A stretch of 62,867 bases of DNA, filler included, from 6 parts of 6 records of this genome joined end to end with filler, not necessarily neighbours in it, one strand, 5' to 3'. Positions 33,094-44,059 are shown, counted from the whole stretch's first letter. The notes: generated from the sequence alone by a model not told the origin. Program-made: numbers and translations.

Positions 33094-34476
33094 CTACTTA
33101 GCTTCAGAATGCTCAGCCAAAATACCTGTACTCTGCTCTTCTAATGTACTTATTATTCCTCTAGCAGAAGATGCTGTGAAAGAATGAAGAAGAGTAGTCG
33201 GTATTGCAACTAACAAACCAAGAACTGTTGTAACGAGAGCTTGTGAGATACCACCAGCCATAAGCTTAGGATCTCCTGTTCCGTATAATGTAATCATTTG
33301 GAAAGTAACGATCATACCAGTTACCGTTCCTAGTAAACCTGCTAGTGGAGCTACAACAGAAATAATTCTAACTGCGCCAATCCATCTTTCAATAGCTGGT
33401 CTCTCGGCCATTATTGCTTCTGCAAGTTTTAACTCTAATGTATCAATATCTTTCTCAAAATTATCTTGGCCTACCTTTAAGACTCTTCCTAGTGGATTCC
33501 TTGAGTCAGCAGCCTTTGAATTTGCTTGACCTCTTACAGCTTTGGCTACACCTGCAAGCTCAATAAGTTTATATATGGCTATAAGTATACCGATAGTACC
33601 AACTGCGATAATTGCATACCCCACTTCTCTTCCCTGTTGAGCTCTCTCAACCAATGAAGGAGTTTGTATTAGGTTGGCTAATAGACTGCCTCCAGTAGGG
33701 CCTGTGGGATCAATACCAAACTTAACTTGCTCACCTGATGATGCGGCTATGTTTTTAGCTGTTTTTGTAAATCTACCTGCTGGCTGTCTAGGCAAAAAAG
33801 CATACTGCCCTTTTGTAACGGAATACTCGAGATATTTGCCATCACATACTGCATTAAATAGACCTACTCTAACAACATTGCATTCTGAAGACGTTCCGTC
33901 AGTATCACTTACCATAGTGTTAAAGCTTACAACTTGACCACTTGCGACCATTTCTCTTTGTAATTCATACCATAGACCTTCTATTTCTCTAATAGTAGGC
34001 AATTCGGTCGTCTCTGACATTTTTCCTGTTAAATCATTAAGGAATGCAACTCTTTCGGCTCCATATTGTGCAGAAGTAAGGGAGCCCCCAAACTGAACTG
34101 CAGCCTCTCCAGCCGAGCTTTGAAGATGTCCAAATAATTCTACCAATGAACCTAATTCTTTTTTATATGCCTCTTCCTTTACCCTTAGAGTTTCTTCATT
34201 TCTTTTGTAATCTGCTTCGAGCTTATCAGCAATTTTTTCTTGTCTTGCTAATTCTCTTTTTTCTGCAGCTAAAATAGAAGCCTGTTTATTCTTATTTGAA
34301 AGAAACTTCTTTTCTCTTTCTGCATTTTCAGACTGTTCTCTTGTTTTTCCTTCCTTAACCAAAGAAAGCAAAGCTTCAACAGTTGTAGGCTCTTCAACAA
34401 CAATATCATCTTGTGCAAATAGAGATGAAACTAGTGAGAAGACTATAAAAAACGGAAGTATATTTAAATTTTTCAT
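33094..34476 (-). CDS. Long MotA/TolQ/ExbB family protein (TtpC-like)
   Basis: Signal peptide, coiled-coil periplasmic region, C-terminal APLAGLLGTVTGMI...GGISQALVTT. Confidence 0.85.
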   Translation of the reverse strand: MKNLNILPFFIVFSLVSSLFAQDDIVVEEPTTVEALLSLVKEGKTREQSENAEREKKFLSNKNKQASILAAEKRELARQEKIADKLEADYKRNEETLRVKEEAYKKELGSLVELFGHLQSSAGEAAVQFGGSLTSAQYGAERVAFLNDLTGKMSETTELPTIREIEGLWYELQREMVASGQVVSFNTMVSDTDGTSSECNVVRVGLFNAVCDGKYLEYSVTKGQYAFLPRQPAGRFTKTAKNIAASSGEQVKFGIDPTGPTGGSLLANLIQTPSLVERAQQGREVGYAIIAVGTIGILIAIYKLIELAGVAKAVRGQANSKAADSRNPLGRVLKVGQDNFEKDIDTLELKLAEAIMAERPAIERWIGAVRIISVVAPLAGLLGTVTGMIVTFQMITLYGTGDPKLMAGGISQALVTTVLGLLVAIPTTLLHSFTASSARGIISTLEEQSTGILAEHSEAK

Positions 34477-35264
34477 TACGCCTCTCCTTTAATTACTGGC
34501 ATCATCAGCATATCTACAGGCGTTAACTTCTTAGCCATTCTTATGCCGTCTCTGATTGCTTTTGTGTAGCTTGATGGAAGGTCTTCCCATGAACCGATTT
34601 CGTTATTCCAACGACCACTAGATCTTTCATCTTTTGTTTGATAAAACATACCGACCCTTCCTATAACAAGGATATTAACTTCTAGGTCATTTCCATTTAT
34701 TGATATGGTTTGTGGATATGTGTCTACTTTTCTACCGTATTCGGCTTCGATATTGTATGCCTCTAAAACCTGTCGAACTTGCTCAGAAGCAGTGACTTTA
34801 GGTTTTGCGAGAGATGATCTAACAACATCTATTCTGTTCTGTCTTTCTTCTAGTCTGAAAGGGGTATCTAGGGATATAAAGCTCTCAAGACTTTCAAGCA
34901 TTCTTTGTGCCAAAGGGGGAATCTGCCTTTGCATAACAACTACTTGTACAAGCTGATCATCGAGCTTATCCATTAACTCAAGCTGAGCTTTTATTTGTAT
35001 TCTTTTTTGTTCGTTATAGACCTTTAAGCCTTCTACCTGCTTTGAAACTGCTTTCCATTCGTTAACTATCTTATCAGTCTGTCTTTCTGTAGCATCGATT
35101 TTATCCTGAGAAGATGCCGACAACTCTTGATTTTCTCTACCAACTTTTAAAACACTTTCCATATTAACTGTTGCGGTTACAACGTTAACATTTTCTTCAG
35201 AAAACGTGCTTAAAGGCAAAGAAAAGATTATGCATAATTGCATAAATAACAATTTATTTTTCAT
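34476..35264 (-). CDS. DUF3450 family protein (TtpB-like)
   Basis: Coiled coil, DTPFRLEERQNR, LEAYNIEAEYG, IGRVG; first gene of the TonB operon; start at MKNK after GGAG. Confidence 0.8.
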   Translation of the reverse strand: MKNKLLFMQLCIIFSLPLSTFSEENVNVVTATVNMESVLKVGRENQELSASSQDKIDATERQTDKIVNEWKAVSKQVEGLKVYNEQKRIQIKAQLELMDKLDDQLVQVVVMQRQIPPLAQRMLESLESFISLDTPFRLEERQNRIDVVRSSLAKPKVTASEQVRQVLEAYNIEAEYGRKVDTYPQTISINGNDLEVNILVIGRVGMFYQTKDERSSGRWNNEIGSWEDLPSSYTKAIRDGIRMAKKLTPVDMLMMPVIKGEA

Positions 35265-35369
35265 AATTGACTCCCTAAAAGTTTGCATATAATAACAGTG
35301 ATGGCTTTATATGCAAAATCTATATATAACTTTAATGTTAAGATTATTTAATCTCACCTTTTCGAAAAA

Positions 35370-36218
35370 TTATAGCTTTGGAAATAGTATTGGTGTTGAT
35401 TTCTGATAGTGCTTATATTCATCCAAATGCCCCCATTTTTTATGCCCTCTTGATTCAAGCATTCTTACCCCGCTCACATGTACTAAAAGTATATAGGTGA
35501 AGATTGGCGAGATAAGCGTAATGTATTGAAGTCCTTGCAAAGAAGAGAGTGACATCAATGCCACAGCCAGCCATAAGACTATTTCGCCAAAGTAATTTGG
35601 ATGTCTTGATTTGGCCCATAAACCAGTAGTAATAAATTTATCTCTATTTTCAGGAATTGCTCTAAACATTGATTTTTGCTTATCAGCAATAACTTCGGTA
35701 CAAAATCCATATATGAATAAACCAAGTCCAATATAAAATAGTATGTTTACGGATACGCCGGTATCTGATGAAATTGCTGTTAAGGCGCACATTGAGCATA
35801 GAGAAACCCATAGCCCCTGAAGGGTCCATGTCATGAAGAACTGTGTTGCAGATGGCTTTATACTTCTAAATCTTTTATCCTCCCCATCCTTATGTACTCT
35901 CATAAACAAAAAGCTGCCTAGTCTTAAAGCCCATAAGCTTATAAGAAATACTAAAGTAATATTTGCACCGTTTAGGTTTGAAAAATTATTAGATGAGTAA
36001 TACAAGGAGAACCACATTACTGTTAAGTAAGTAACGCTCCCCATTAAGTCATAAAACTTTTCTGTTTGAAGTGCATAGGCAGGAATAAATGCTACCCATT
36101 GCATACAGAATGCAATTATTACTGCTTTAACAACCAAATCTAATCCAGTTCCATTTGCTATGAGCAATGCAACTATAAAAACAGCCATTGAAATTAATAT
36201 ATTTATAAATTTACTCAT
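35370..36218 (-). CDS. DUF1295 / steroid 5-alpha-reductase-like membrane protein
   Basis: EKFYDL.GS, DKRF, ADKQK, GLWAKSRHPNYFGE; start at MSKF overlaps upstream stop (ATGA). Confidence 0.85.
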   Translation of the reverse strand: MSKFINILISMAVFIVALLIANGTGLDLVVKAVIIAFCMQWVAFIPAYALQTEKFYDLMGSVTYLTVMWFSLYYSSNNFSNLNGANITLVFLISLWALRLGSFLFMRVHKDGEDKRFRSIKPSATQFFMTWTLQGLWVSLCSMCALTAISSDTGVSVNILFYIGLGLFIYGFCTEVIADKQKSMFRAIPENRDKFITTGLWAKSRHPNYFGEIVLWLAVALMSLSSLQGLQYITLISPIFTYILLVHVSGVRMLESRGHKKWGHLDEYKHYQKSTPILFPKL

Positions 36219-38035
36219 GTTTCGCTCCATCCGCATGACCTATTCTCATTTTGAATATCAAGCCAATCTTTTAAAGGTTTATAATAATTAATTATAGACT
36301 GACCGCTAAGCTCTTGAGAACCTGTTATTTCTTTAAATGCACTTTGCCATGGAACACTCCTTCCAAGCGCCATAGTAGAGATAATTTTTTTACCCGCATC
36401 AACATTCCCATAAATCGAACATTCATGCAGTGGTCCATCAAACCCTGACGACTTGCATAACGCCTCATGAAACTGATATTGCATAATCCTTGCTAGGTAA
36501 TATCTGGTGTATGGAGTATTTGCTGGTATATGATATTTTGCTCCTGGATCAAAACTATCCTCTGCTCTTATATCCGGAGCAGATATGCCTTGATAATTAT
36601 TCCTCATCTCCCACCATGAATTATTTAGGTTTTCATATGAGGTCTCGCCTTTAAATACTCCTGCTCTCCATTTATCCAGCATTAGTGCCCAAGGAACTAC
36701 CACCACTCCCTCCAAGGCTTGTTTCATTAAAAGTCCTATAGCATCATCTTTGGCTTTCTCTGCTTGCTCTTGATTGATAAATCCGATTTGTTTGAGATAA
36801 TCAGGTGTAATAGATAAGGTCAATAGGTCTCCAAAGGCCTCATGAAATCCATCATTTGCTCCCGATCTAAAAAGAGACGGCAGATGATTGTATGCCTGAT
36901 AGTAAAATATATGACCAAGCTCATGATGGATTGTAGAAAAATCTTCTTCATTTCTTTCAATGCACATTTTAATTCTTAGGTCATTATTTGCTGGATCTAG
37001 ATTCCAAGCAGATGCATGGCATACGACCGACCTATCTAATGGCTTCGTAAATAAAGATCTTTCCCAAAATGTTTTTGGCAAAGAATCAAAACCAATAGAC
37101 AAAAAGAAATCTTCGGCTATCTCGACCATTTCTATTTCGCTAAGATCTTTCTCTAGTATTATATTGGTAACATCATATGAGCTTTCTTTGCTATCAGGCT
37201 TGTAAACAAGATCGTAAATATTTGACCAGGATTGGCCCCACATGTTTCCCAGCAAATGTACGGGGATGGGGCCAGCAATATCTACGATATCATCACCATA
37301 TTCATTATTAAGGCTATCTCTAACATGGCAATGAAGAGCCTCATAGAGCGGCTTAACATCCTCCCATACACCATCAATACTATTCAGAAACTCTTCGGAA
37401 GGCATATCATATTTACTAAACCAAAGATCTGATAAGTCTGAAAAACCTAAATCTTGTGCGCCTTTATTGCCTATCTCAACCATTCTTATATAGGGATCTT
37501 TCATGGGTTTTCCTATCTCATGCCAACCGCTCCAAGCTCGCTTTAGCTGATCTGGATCTCTTGAGTTATCTATAATTGATTCAAAACCTTCTAGATCGTT
37601 ACAGTCGTTTTCTGAATAGCAGTATTTACCACTTCCATACATCGCACTTAACTTTGTTTCTATTTTTGATAGTTCAGAAGCAAGCGCATCATCAAAAGGC
37701 GGCGGCATAACAAAAGCCGTTTTAAGTATTTCTAATTTTCTTCTATTGCTATCAGAAGTAATGACATTATTAAATGCGCTTGCATCTTTTGACTTCTGTA
37801 AAGCATCCAAAGTACTTCTTTTTGAATAGTCAGAGAGAACCATCTGCGAGTCATGTGTTATGAAGTTTGAACTAATCCATGAAGCTGAATAAATAACTGG
37901 ATTCAATAATTCGTTATCTTGTTCTACTTTTTCAAGAAAATTTATAAGTTCTTCATTTTGTTTGGTTTGTTCGCTTGATTTGCTACAAGAAGTTACAATT
38001 GCGAAAGTAATAATAAATATAAATAATTTTTTCAT
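36215..38035 (-). CDS. M2 family peptidyl-dipeptidase (ACE-like) lipoprotein
   Basis: HLLGNMW, CHASAW, HHELGH (HExxH), GFHEAFGD, FDPGAKYHIP; lipobox IVTSC; start at MKKLF. Confidence 0.92.
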   Translation of the reverse strand: MKKLFIFIITFAIVTSCSKSSEQTKQNEELINFLEKVEQDNELLNPVIYSASWISSNFITHDSQMVLSDYSKRSTLDALQKSKDASAFNNVITSDSNRRKLEILKTAFVMPPPFDDALASELSKIETKLSAMYGSGKYCYSENDCNDLEGFESIIDNSRDPDQLKRAWSGWHEIGKPMKDPYIRMVEIGNKGAQDLGFSDLSDLWFSKYDMPSEEFLNSIDGVWEDVKPLYEALHCHVRDSLNNEYGDDIVDIAGPIPVHLLGNMWGQSWSNIYDLVYKPDSKESSYDVTNIILEKDLSEIEMVEIAEDFFLSIGFDSLPKTFWERSLFTKPLDRSVVCHASAWNLDPANNDLRIKMCIERNEEDFSTIHHELGHIFYYQAYNHLPSLFRSGANDGFHEAFGDLLTLSITPDYLKQIGFINQEQAEKAKDDAIGLLMKQALEGVVVVPWALMLDKWRAGVFKGETSYENLNNSWWEMRNNYQGISAPDIRAEDSFDPGAKYHIPANTPYTRYYLARIMQYQFHEALCKSSGFDGPLHECSIYGNVDAGKKIISTMALGRSVPWQSAFKEITGSQELSGQSIINYYKPLKDWLDIQNENRSCGWSET

Positions 38036-38068
38036 TCTAATGACCTCTTCAATTAAAATAACACAACT

Positions 38069-38200
38069 ATGAAAATTTCTACAAGCCAATTCAAAAATGG
38101 AACAAAGCTTTTATTAGATGGAGCGCCCTGCTCAATTGTTAGTCATGAGTTCCATAAGCCTGGAAAAGGGCAAGCTGTTATGAGGGTTAAATATAAAAAC
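38069..38200 (+). CDS. efp: Elongation factor P, 5' fragment
   Basis: [11 protein letters not shown]...[16 protein letters not shown] with PGKG loop. Confidence 0.92.
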
Positions 38201-38300
38201 NNNNNNNNNNNNNNNNNNNNNNNNNNNNNNNNNNNNNNNNNNNNTTAATTAATTAANNNNNNNNNNNNNNNNNNNNNNNNNNNNNNNNNNNNNNNNNNNN
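38201..38300. other. Artificial contig-joining linker
   Basis: N44-TTAATTAATTAA-N44. Confidence 0.99.
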
Positions 38301-38331
38301 ATATTATGATTGATAGGTTTAAGATATAATT

Positions 38332-39210
38332 ATGGATCACTTTGGACAGCTACTTACAGCTGCAATCACACCTTTTGATGACAATGGTGTTATGGAAACA
38401 GATACCTTCTGGAGACTTTGTAAAAAACTTGTTGCAGATGGATCAGATGGAATAGTCCTAACTGGCACAACTGCTGAATCGCCAAATTTATCAGAGTCTG
38501 ATCGAATTAACATATACTCAACTGCAAAAGATGCGGTAGGCGAGGTTGCCAATCTCGTTGCTGGAACAGGTACTTACTCCACTAAAGAAACAATTCATCT
38601 TACAAAATTAGCTGAAGAAGTAGGGATGGACGGCATAATGATCGTTACTCCCTACTACAACAAACCATCTCAACTTGGGATTTTAAAACACTTTGAAGCT
38701 GTTAAAAGCAATACATCATTACCAATAATGGCATACAACATACCCGGAAGAACGGGAAGTCTTATTGAGTTAGATACAATTGAAAAACTTATTACTGATA
38801 TCGGAATACATTCAATAAAAGATGCAGTCGGAGATTTTGAATTTTCAAAAGAAGAGTTAACTAGATTCAAAGATGAAGTCTATATCTACTCTGGTGATGA
38901 CGCCTTAACAAAAGATTTCATGAATCATGGTGCAGTTGGGGTTGTGTCTGTTGCCTCCCATTTAATTGGTCGTCAGATTAAGTCCATGTTAGAGCTGATA
39001 AAAGAAAATAAATCAACAGAAGCAGATGTTCTACATGAATCGTTACTTCCACTTATTTCAGCTATATTTGAAGAACCTAGTCCTGGACCAGTTAAGCACC
39101 TCCTTTCAGAATCTTGGGAGAACGTAGGAAAACCTCTGCTTCCTATGACTGAGGTATCAGAAGAATTAGCTGAAAAACTCAATAAAATATACGCCAAATT
39201 AAATAACTAA
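38332..39210 (+). CDS. dapA: 4-hydroxy-tetrahydrodipicolinate synthase
   Basis: GTTAES, TPYYNKP, YNIPGRT, IKDA, YSGDD. Confidence 0.93.
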   Translation: MDHFGQLLTAAITPFDDNGVMETDTFWRLCKKLVADGSDGIVLTGTTAESPNLSESDRINIYSTAKDAVGEVANLVAGTGTYSTKETIHLTKLAEEVGMDGIMIVTPYYNKPSQLGILKHFEAVKSNTSLPIMAYNIPGRTGSLIELDTIEKLITDIGIHSIKDAVGDFEFSKEELTRFKDEVYIYSGDDALTKDFMNHGAVGVVSVASHLIGRQIKSMLELIKENKSTEADVLHESLLPLISAIFEEPSPGPVKHLLSESWENVGKPLLPMTEVSEELAEKLNKIYAKLNN

Positions 39211-39246
39211 AACCTTTACCGCTAACAAAATATGGTATAATGTAAT

Positions 39247-41640
39247 GTGGCTGTGAAGACATCCACTCGCAAAAGGGTAAATGGGCGTAAGCGGGTGTCA
39301 AAACAAAACAATTTAATAAAAGTTAACAAGGGCTTTAAAACACTTAACTCTTCTATTTCTAGTGTTCTAAAAAAGTTCTTTAATTCCTATCAATCTGTTG
39401 CAGCCTTTATGTTCATAATTGCTCTATTTACTGCATTATCAAGTGTTCAAAAAGCTGGTCCAATAGGTGAACTATTTTATGGTCTTCTAACATGGTGTTT
39501 CGGTTATGGAGCATTAGCTCTTCCAGTCCTAATGTTTTATGGTGCGGCTATTCTTGTCAGAGATAAGGACACAATTAAATCTCAAAAGGTTTTAGTTGGA
39601 ACTTTTTGGGTACAAATATTTTCATCAGCACTTTTTCACTTCTACATACATCCACAACCATTACCAATTAGCGTAGGTGGGGACATCCTTCAACGAGCAG
39701 GAGGTTTTGTTTCTGCATTTATTGTATTTCCACTAAATAATTTAATCGATGTTGAAATGACTCATGCTGTTCTCTTAATTGGACTTATTATTTCAGTACT
39801 CTACATGACTGATATTGAATTAAAAGATTTAATTGGTGGGGTTCAAGCTATCTTCGCATACATCTTCAAATTTATAGTCGCTTTTTTCAAGGCACGTAGA
39901 GAAGCATCTAAAGTTAACTTTGATCAGATGCTAGCTATTACTGATGAAGATACTGAAACTGCTTCAATCAAAGATAATGTTTTAAAACTAAAACCTAAGA
40001 AAAAAGAAAAAGCTATCAAGAAAAAACCTGAAATTGTTGCAGAAGAAAAACCAGTTAAGGCAAATACTGTCAGAAGAAAAAATTCTGCTTACAAGCTTCC
40101 ACCTGTTTCATTACTTGAAAAAGGTTCTTCTGTCTCCGCATCTAAAAAACTCTTACAACAAACTGCTACCGATTTAACTAATTTACTTAAAGAACATGGT
40201 GTTGAGGCTGAGTTAACAAACATTGTTCCTGGCCCTACTGTTACACGATATGAAATTGAATTAGCCCCAGGCGTTAAGGTCTCTAAAGTTACTTCACTTT
40301 CTCATGATATTGCATATGCTTTAGCTACTCCAGATGTACGTTTATTAGCCCCGATACCTGGAAGAAGTGCTATCGGTATTGAGATTCCTAACAGGCAACG
40401 AAAACTTGTCTCACTTGGCGATGTCTTGCAATCAACAGAAGCAAAAAACAATCCACATCCATTATCAGTCGGTCTTGGACTAGATATTTCAGGAAAAGCT
40501 AGATTAATAAATTTATCCGAACTTCCACATGTTCTTATTGCTGGACAAACTGGTGCAGGTAAATCTTCTTGTATTAATTCAATCGTTACATCTCTTTTAG
40601 TTAGAGCTAATCCTGATGAAGTAAAGATGGTCATGGTTGATCCAAAAAGAGTTGAACTTGGTCAGTACAACAATGTTCCGCACCTTTTAACGAAAGTTAT
40701 TACGAATCCTAAAAAAGCAGTTGATGCATTGAGTTGGGCTGTTTCAGAAATGGATAGAAGATACGATCTTTTAGCAGATAGCTCAGTCAGAGATATTAAT
40801 GGGTATCACGAAAAATATGATGCAGGTTTATTAGATGAAGAAAAATTTGACCGATTCCCATATATTGTTGTTTTCATCGATGAGTTAAATGACTTGATGA
40901 TGGTAGCTGGTCGTGAAGTTGAATCAGCAATTGTTAGATTAGCACAAATGGCTAGGGCTATTGGAATCCACCTTGTTGTTGCTACTCAGAGACCATCAGT
41001 CGATGTAATTACAGGTGTCATGAAAGCTAACATACCATCCCGACTTGCATTTTCTGTTGCGTCAACAACTGATTCCCGAGTAATCCTTGATCAATCTGGA
41101 GCTGAAAAACTAATTGGTCTTGGTGACATGCTAGTAGTAACAGCATCCAATCCCAGACTTGAACGTATACAAGGAGCTTGGGTTACCGAAAAAGAAATTC
41201 AAGATGTTGTTTCATGGGCAAAAGACCAAAAAGATGCTGAATACGATCCAGCAGTAACTGAAGAGAATAAAACAACAACCACTATTGGCGGCGATGACTT
41301 CGGTGAAGATGAAGACCTTATTCAAGCAGCTAAAGATCTTGTTATTCGCTCTCAAATGGGTTCAACTTCTATGCTTCAACGAAAATTACGAGTTGGTTTC
41401 GCTAGAGCTGGTAGGTTAATGGATATTTTAGAATCACAGGCAATCGTTGGTCCATCAGAAGGTTCTAAAGCACGAACAGTATTAATTACGGTCGAAGAGT
41501 ATGAGAGTGCCAGCTTACCTTCCATTGCAGAAGATAATGATGCCACACCACAAGAAGAGTTTGAACCAGTAGCTGAAACTGAAGATAGTGTTTCTGAAGA
41601 ATCAACAACTGATGAAGAAGACAATAGCTGGTACGAATAA
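39247..41640 (+). CDS. ftsK: DNA translocase FtsK
   Basis: N-terminal TMs, AGQTGAGKS, DPKRVEL, ATQRPSVDV, gamma domain STSMLQRKLRVGFARAGR. Confidence 0.96.
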   Translation: MAVKTSTRKRVNGRKRVSKQNNLIKVNKGFKTLNSSISSVLKKFFNSYQSVAAFMFIIALFTALSSVQKAGPIGELFYGLLTWCFGYGALALPVLMFYGAAILVRDKDTIKSQKVLVGTFWVQIFSSALFHFYIHPQPLPISVGGDILQRAGGFVSAFIVFPLNNLIDVEMTHAVLLIGLIISVLYMTDIELKDLIGGVQAIFAYIFKFIVAFFKARREASKVNFDQMLAITDEDTETASIKDNVLKLKPKKKEKAIKKKPEIVAEEKPVKANTVRRKNSAYKLPPVSLLEKGSSVSASKKLLQQTATDLTNLLKEHGVEAELTNIVPGPTVTRYEIELAPGVKVSKVTSLSHDIAYALATPDVRLLAPIPGRSAIGIEIPNRQRKLVSLGDVLQSTEAKNNPHPLSVGLGLDISGKARLINLSELPHVLIAGQTGAGKSSCINSIVTSLLVRANPDEVKMVMVDPKRVELGQYNNVPHLLTKVITNPKKAVDALSWAVSEMDRRYDLLADSSVRDINGYHEKYDAGLLDEEKFDRFPYIVVFIDELNDLMMVAGREVESAIVRLAQMARAIGIHLVVATQRPSVDVITGVMKANIPSRLAFSVASTTDSRVILDQSGAEKLIGLGDMLVVTASNPRLERIQGAWVTEKEIQDVVSWAKDQKDAEYDPAVTEENKTTTTIGGDDFGEDEDLIQAAKDLVIRSQMGSTSMLQRKLRVGFARAGRLMDILESQAIVGPSEGSKARTVLITVEEYESASLPSIAEDNDATPQEEFEPVAETEDSVSEESTTDEEDNSWYE

Positions 41641-41654
41641 CTAAAGCTAAATCT

Positions 41655-42464
41655 CTACTGATCTATTTTTATTGATCTTCCTTTAATAATTCTTCTTCTT
41701 ATTGCAGCAGAAATAGTATCAACAGTTAACACTAAAACTACTGTTGCAACTAATACGGTGCCAGCTCTTGGAAAGTCTCTAAATCTTAATTGATTTATAA
41801 GTTCTGCACCTACGCCACCTGCTCCAACAACGCCTAATACAGCTGATGCACGTAAGTTTATTTCAAATCTGTATAGCCAGTAAGAAGTAATAGTTGGCAT
41901 AACCTGTGGAACAACTCCAAATAAAAGTTCATTTATCTTGGATCCACCAGATGATTTGATTGCCTCAAGTGGTCCTTCATCTATACCTTCAATAACTTCA
42001 GAAGATAGCTTACCTAATGTACCGATTGAGTGAATACCTATTGCAAGCGTTCCAGTGAGTGCACCTAAACCAGTAATTGGAAGAAATACGAATGCGAGGA
42101 TAAGTTCTGGAAATGCTCTTATTCCATTTAGTATTTGTTTTGTTGCTTCAGATACATAGTTAACTGCAACATTATTTGCTGCTAAGAACGCTATCGGAAA
42201 ACTAAAAATTGCTCCTATAACTGTTCCTGCCCAAGCTATGAAGAGAGACTCTGCAACCTTTGGGAGTATTCTTTCAATAGCTTCTTGGCTTAAGTCTAAA
42301 GGAAACATAGCGCCAACTAATATTGCTATCTGTTCAGGTGCTTTAAGAATTTTCTCGAGAGTTATCTCTAAACCTGAAGCTGACCAAATAGAACCTGCAA
42401 CGATAAGACTTGTAATGGCATATTTAAGAACTTTTTGCTGTACGGGTTGTTTAGGGAGATTCAT
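41655..42464 (-). CDS. phnE: Phosphonate/phosphate ABC permease PhnE (second copy)
   Basis: IRAFPELI, LGKLSSEVIE, YRFEINLRASAVLGVVGAGG. Confidence 0.92.
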   Translation of the reverse strand: MNLPKQPVQQKVLKYAITSLIVAGSIWSASGLEITLEKILKAPEQIAILVGAMFPLDLSQEAIERILPKVAESLFIAWAGTVIGAIFSFPIAFLAANNVAVNYVSEATKQILNGIRAFPELILAFVFLPITGLGALTGTLAIGIHSIGTLGKLSSEVIEGIDEGPLEAIKSSGGSKINELLFGVVPQVMPTITSYWLYRFEINLRASAVLGVVGAGGVGAELINQLRFRDFPRAGTVLVATVVLVLTVDTISAAIRRRIIKGRSIKIDQ

Positions 42465-43243
42465 AGAATTCGCCTCCTCAACCAGACACTAAATTGCTCT
42501 ATCAAAATAACTACTACTAGTATCAAAACAATAATTGGTGAAATTCTATCAAATCTTAAAAATATTCTCTGTGTTTCAATTATCCTACCAACACCACCTG
42601 CACCAACAAGACCTAGAATTACACTTGCTCTTATGCATAGTTCAAAGATGTAGAGAAAATAAGCTGTAAAGTTCGGTAAGACTTGAGGTAGTGCGGATGT
42701 GAACACCGATTGATTGTGAGATGCACCCGAAGATTTTGCAGCTTCTAATGGACCCGGATCAATACTGTCAATTGTCTCTGAAAGAAGTTTACCCATAATG
42801 GCTAATGAGAACATTACCAGTGCTAATACTCCAGCAAAAGGGCCAAGGCCTACAGCAACAGTAAACATCATAGCCCAAAACAAATCGGGAATTGTTCGTA
42901 CTAGGTTCAGGAAAGACTTGTACAAGAAAAATGAAATCTTGTTTTGGTTTGTAGTTTGTGAAGCATAGAAAGAAAGAGGGAGCGCAATAAAACAGCCAAC
43001 AATACTGGCAAGGATAGCAATCTGTATAGTTTCAATTATTGCTTCAGAAGCATTTTCAATTGCCCAACTCCATTTTGGATTAAAAAGGGGATCTGTAACT
43101 ATGTATCTATTTTGTAGATTTTCTCTAAAGTCTGATAAGTTAAATCCAACTTTTGAAAAACAATAGTAAGAAAATAAAAATGCTGCTGGAATGCCTAAGA
43201 ATACCATTAAAGATGGTGGTGGTTTTTTAGGTAGGTTAATCAT
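42461..43243 (-). CDS. phnE: Phosphonate/phosphate ABC permease PhnE (first copy)
   Basis: VRTIPDL, GKLLSETID, FELCIRASVILGLVGAGG. Confidence 0.92.
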   Translation of the reverse strand: MINLPKKPPPSLMVFLGIPAAFLFSYYCFSKVGFNLSDFRENLQNRYIVTDPLFNPKWSWAIENASEAIIETIQIAILASIVGCFIALPLSFYASQTTNQNKISFFLYKSFLNLVRTIPDLFWAMMFTVAVGLGPFAGVLALVMFSLAIMGKLLSETIDSIDPGPLEAAKSSGASHNQSVFTSALPQVLPNFTAYFLYIFELCIRASVILGLVGAGGVGRIIETQRIFLRFDRISPIIVLILVVVILIEQFSVWLRRRIL

Positions 43244-44006
43244 CTTCTCCTATTAAATCTGATGACTTTATAGACCTACCATAAATATTCTCAAAATCTG
43301 CATCGGAAACGTCATCTACACTTCCGTCATAAACTAGATTTCCCTCCCTAAGTCCAATCAACCTTGTGCCAAATTCTTTAGCGAGGTCGAGAAAGTGAAG
43401 GTTTACTATTGTAGTTATACCAAGATCCTGATTAATTTTTTTTAGGTAGCTCATTACAACCCTTGAAGTTACTGGGTCGAGAGATGCTACAGGTTCGTCA
43501 GCAAGCATAACTTTTGGTTTTTGAGCAAGTGCTCTAGCAATTCCAACACGTTGTTGCTGTCCACCTGAGAGATTTGATCCGCGTACATATGCTTTCTCCA
43601 ATATCTCAACTCTTTCAAGAGCATCAAAAGCAATTTGTTTGTCTTCTTTTGGCCAGAGACCAGTGATAGATCGTATTGTTGAAACCTGGCTTAATCTGCC
43701 TGTAAGAACATTTTTAAGAACACTGGAACGATTTACTAAATTGAATGTTTGAAAAATCATACCAATATCAGAACGTATTTTTTTCAATTCTTTTTTTGAA
43801 GCATTTGTTACTTGATTTCCATCTACAACTACATTCCCGCTAGTTGGTTTTACAAGATTATTAATTGATCGAAGTAATGTTGATTTACCTGCTCCTGATA
43901 AACCAACGATAATAACAAAGTCACCTTCATTTATCTCTAAATTTATATTTTCTAGTGCTTTTACACCGCCGGGGTAGACAACACCTACATTTTCAAATTT
44001 TATCAT
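43236..44006 (-). CDS. phnC: ABC ATPase PhnC
   Basis: GLSGAGKST, LSGGQQQRV, ADEPVASLDP, NLH. Confidence 0.93.
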   Translation of the reverse strand: MIKFENVGVVYPGGVKALENINLEINEGDFVIIVGLSGAGKSTLLRSINNLVKPTSGNVVVDGNQVTNASKKELKKIRSDIGMIFQTFNLVNRSSVLKNVLTGRLSQVSTIRSITGLWPKEDKQIAFDALERVEILEKAYVRGSNLSGGQQQRVGIARALAQKPKVMLADEPVASLDPVTSRVVMSYLKKINQDLGITTIVNLHFLDLAKEFGTRLIGLREGNLVYDGSVDDVSDADFENIYGRSIKSSDLIGEDD

Positions 44007-44015
44007 TTTTTCCCA

Positions 44016-44050
44016 TAAAAAATAAGGGGCAGTTTCGAACCACCCCTTAT
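44016..44050 (-). terminator. Hairpin/terminator between phnD and phnC
   Basis: Minus strand ATAAGGGGTGGT-TCGAA-ACTGCCCCTTAT followed by TTTTT. Confidence 0.7.
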
Positions 44051-44059
44051 CTCTATATT

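Noticed and set aside
41500-41640. Acidic low-complexity tails of FtsK and RecA (48030-48121)
   Set aside because: Common disordered extensions; no tandem DNA repeat of note
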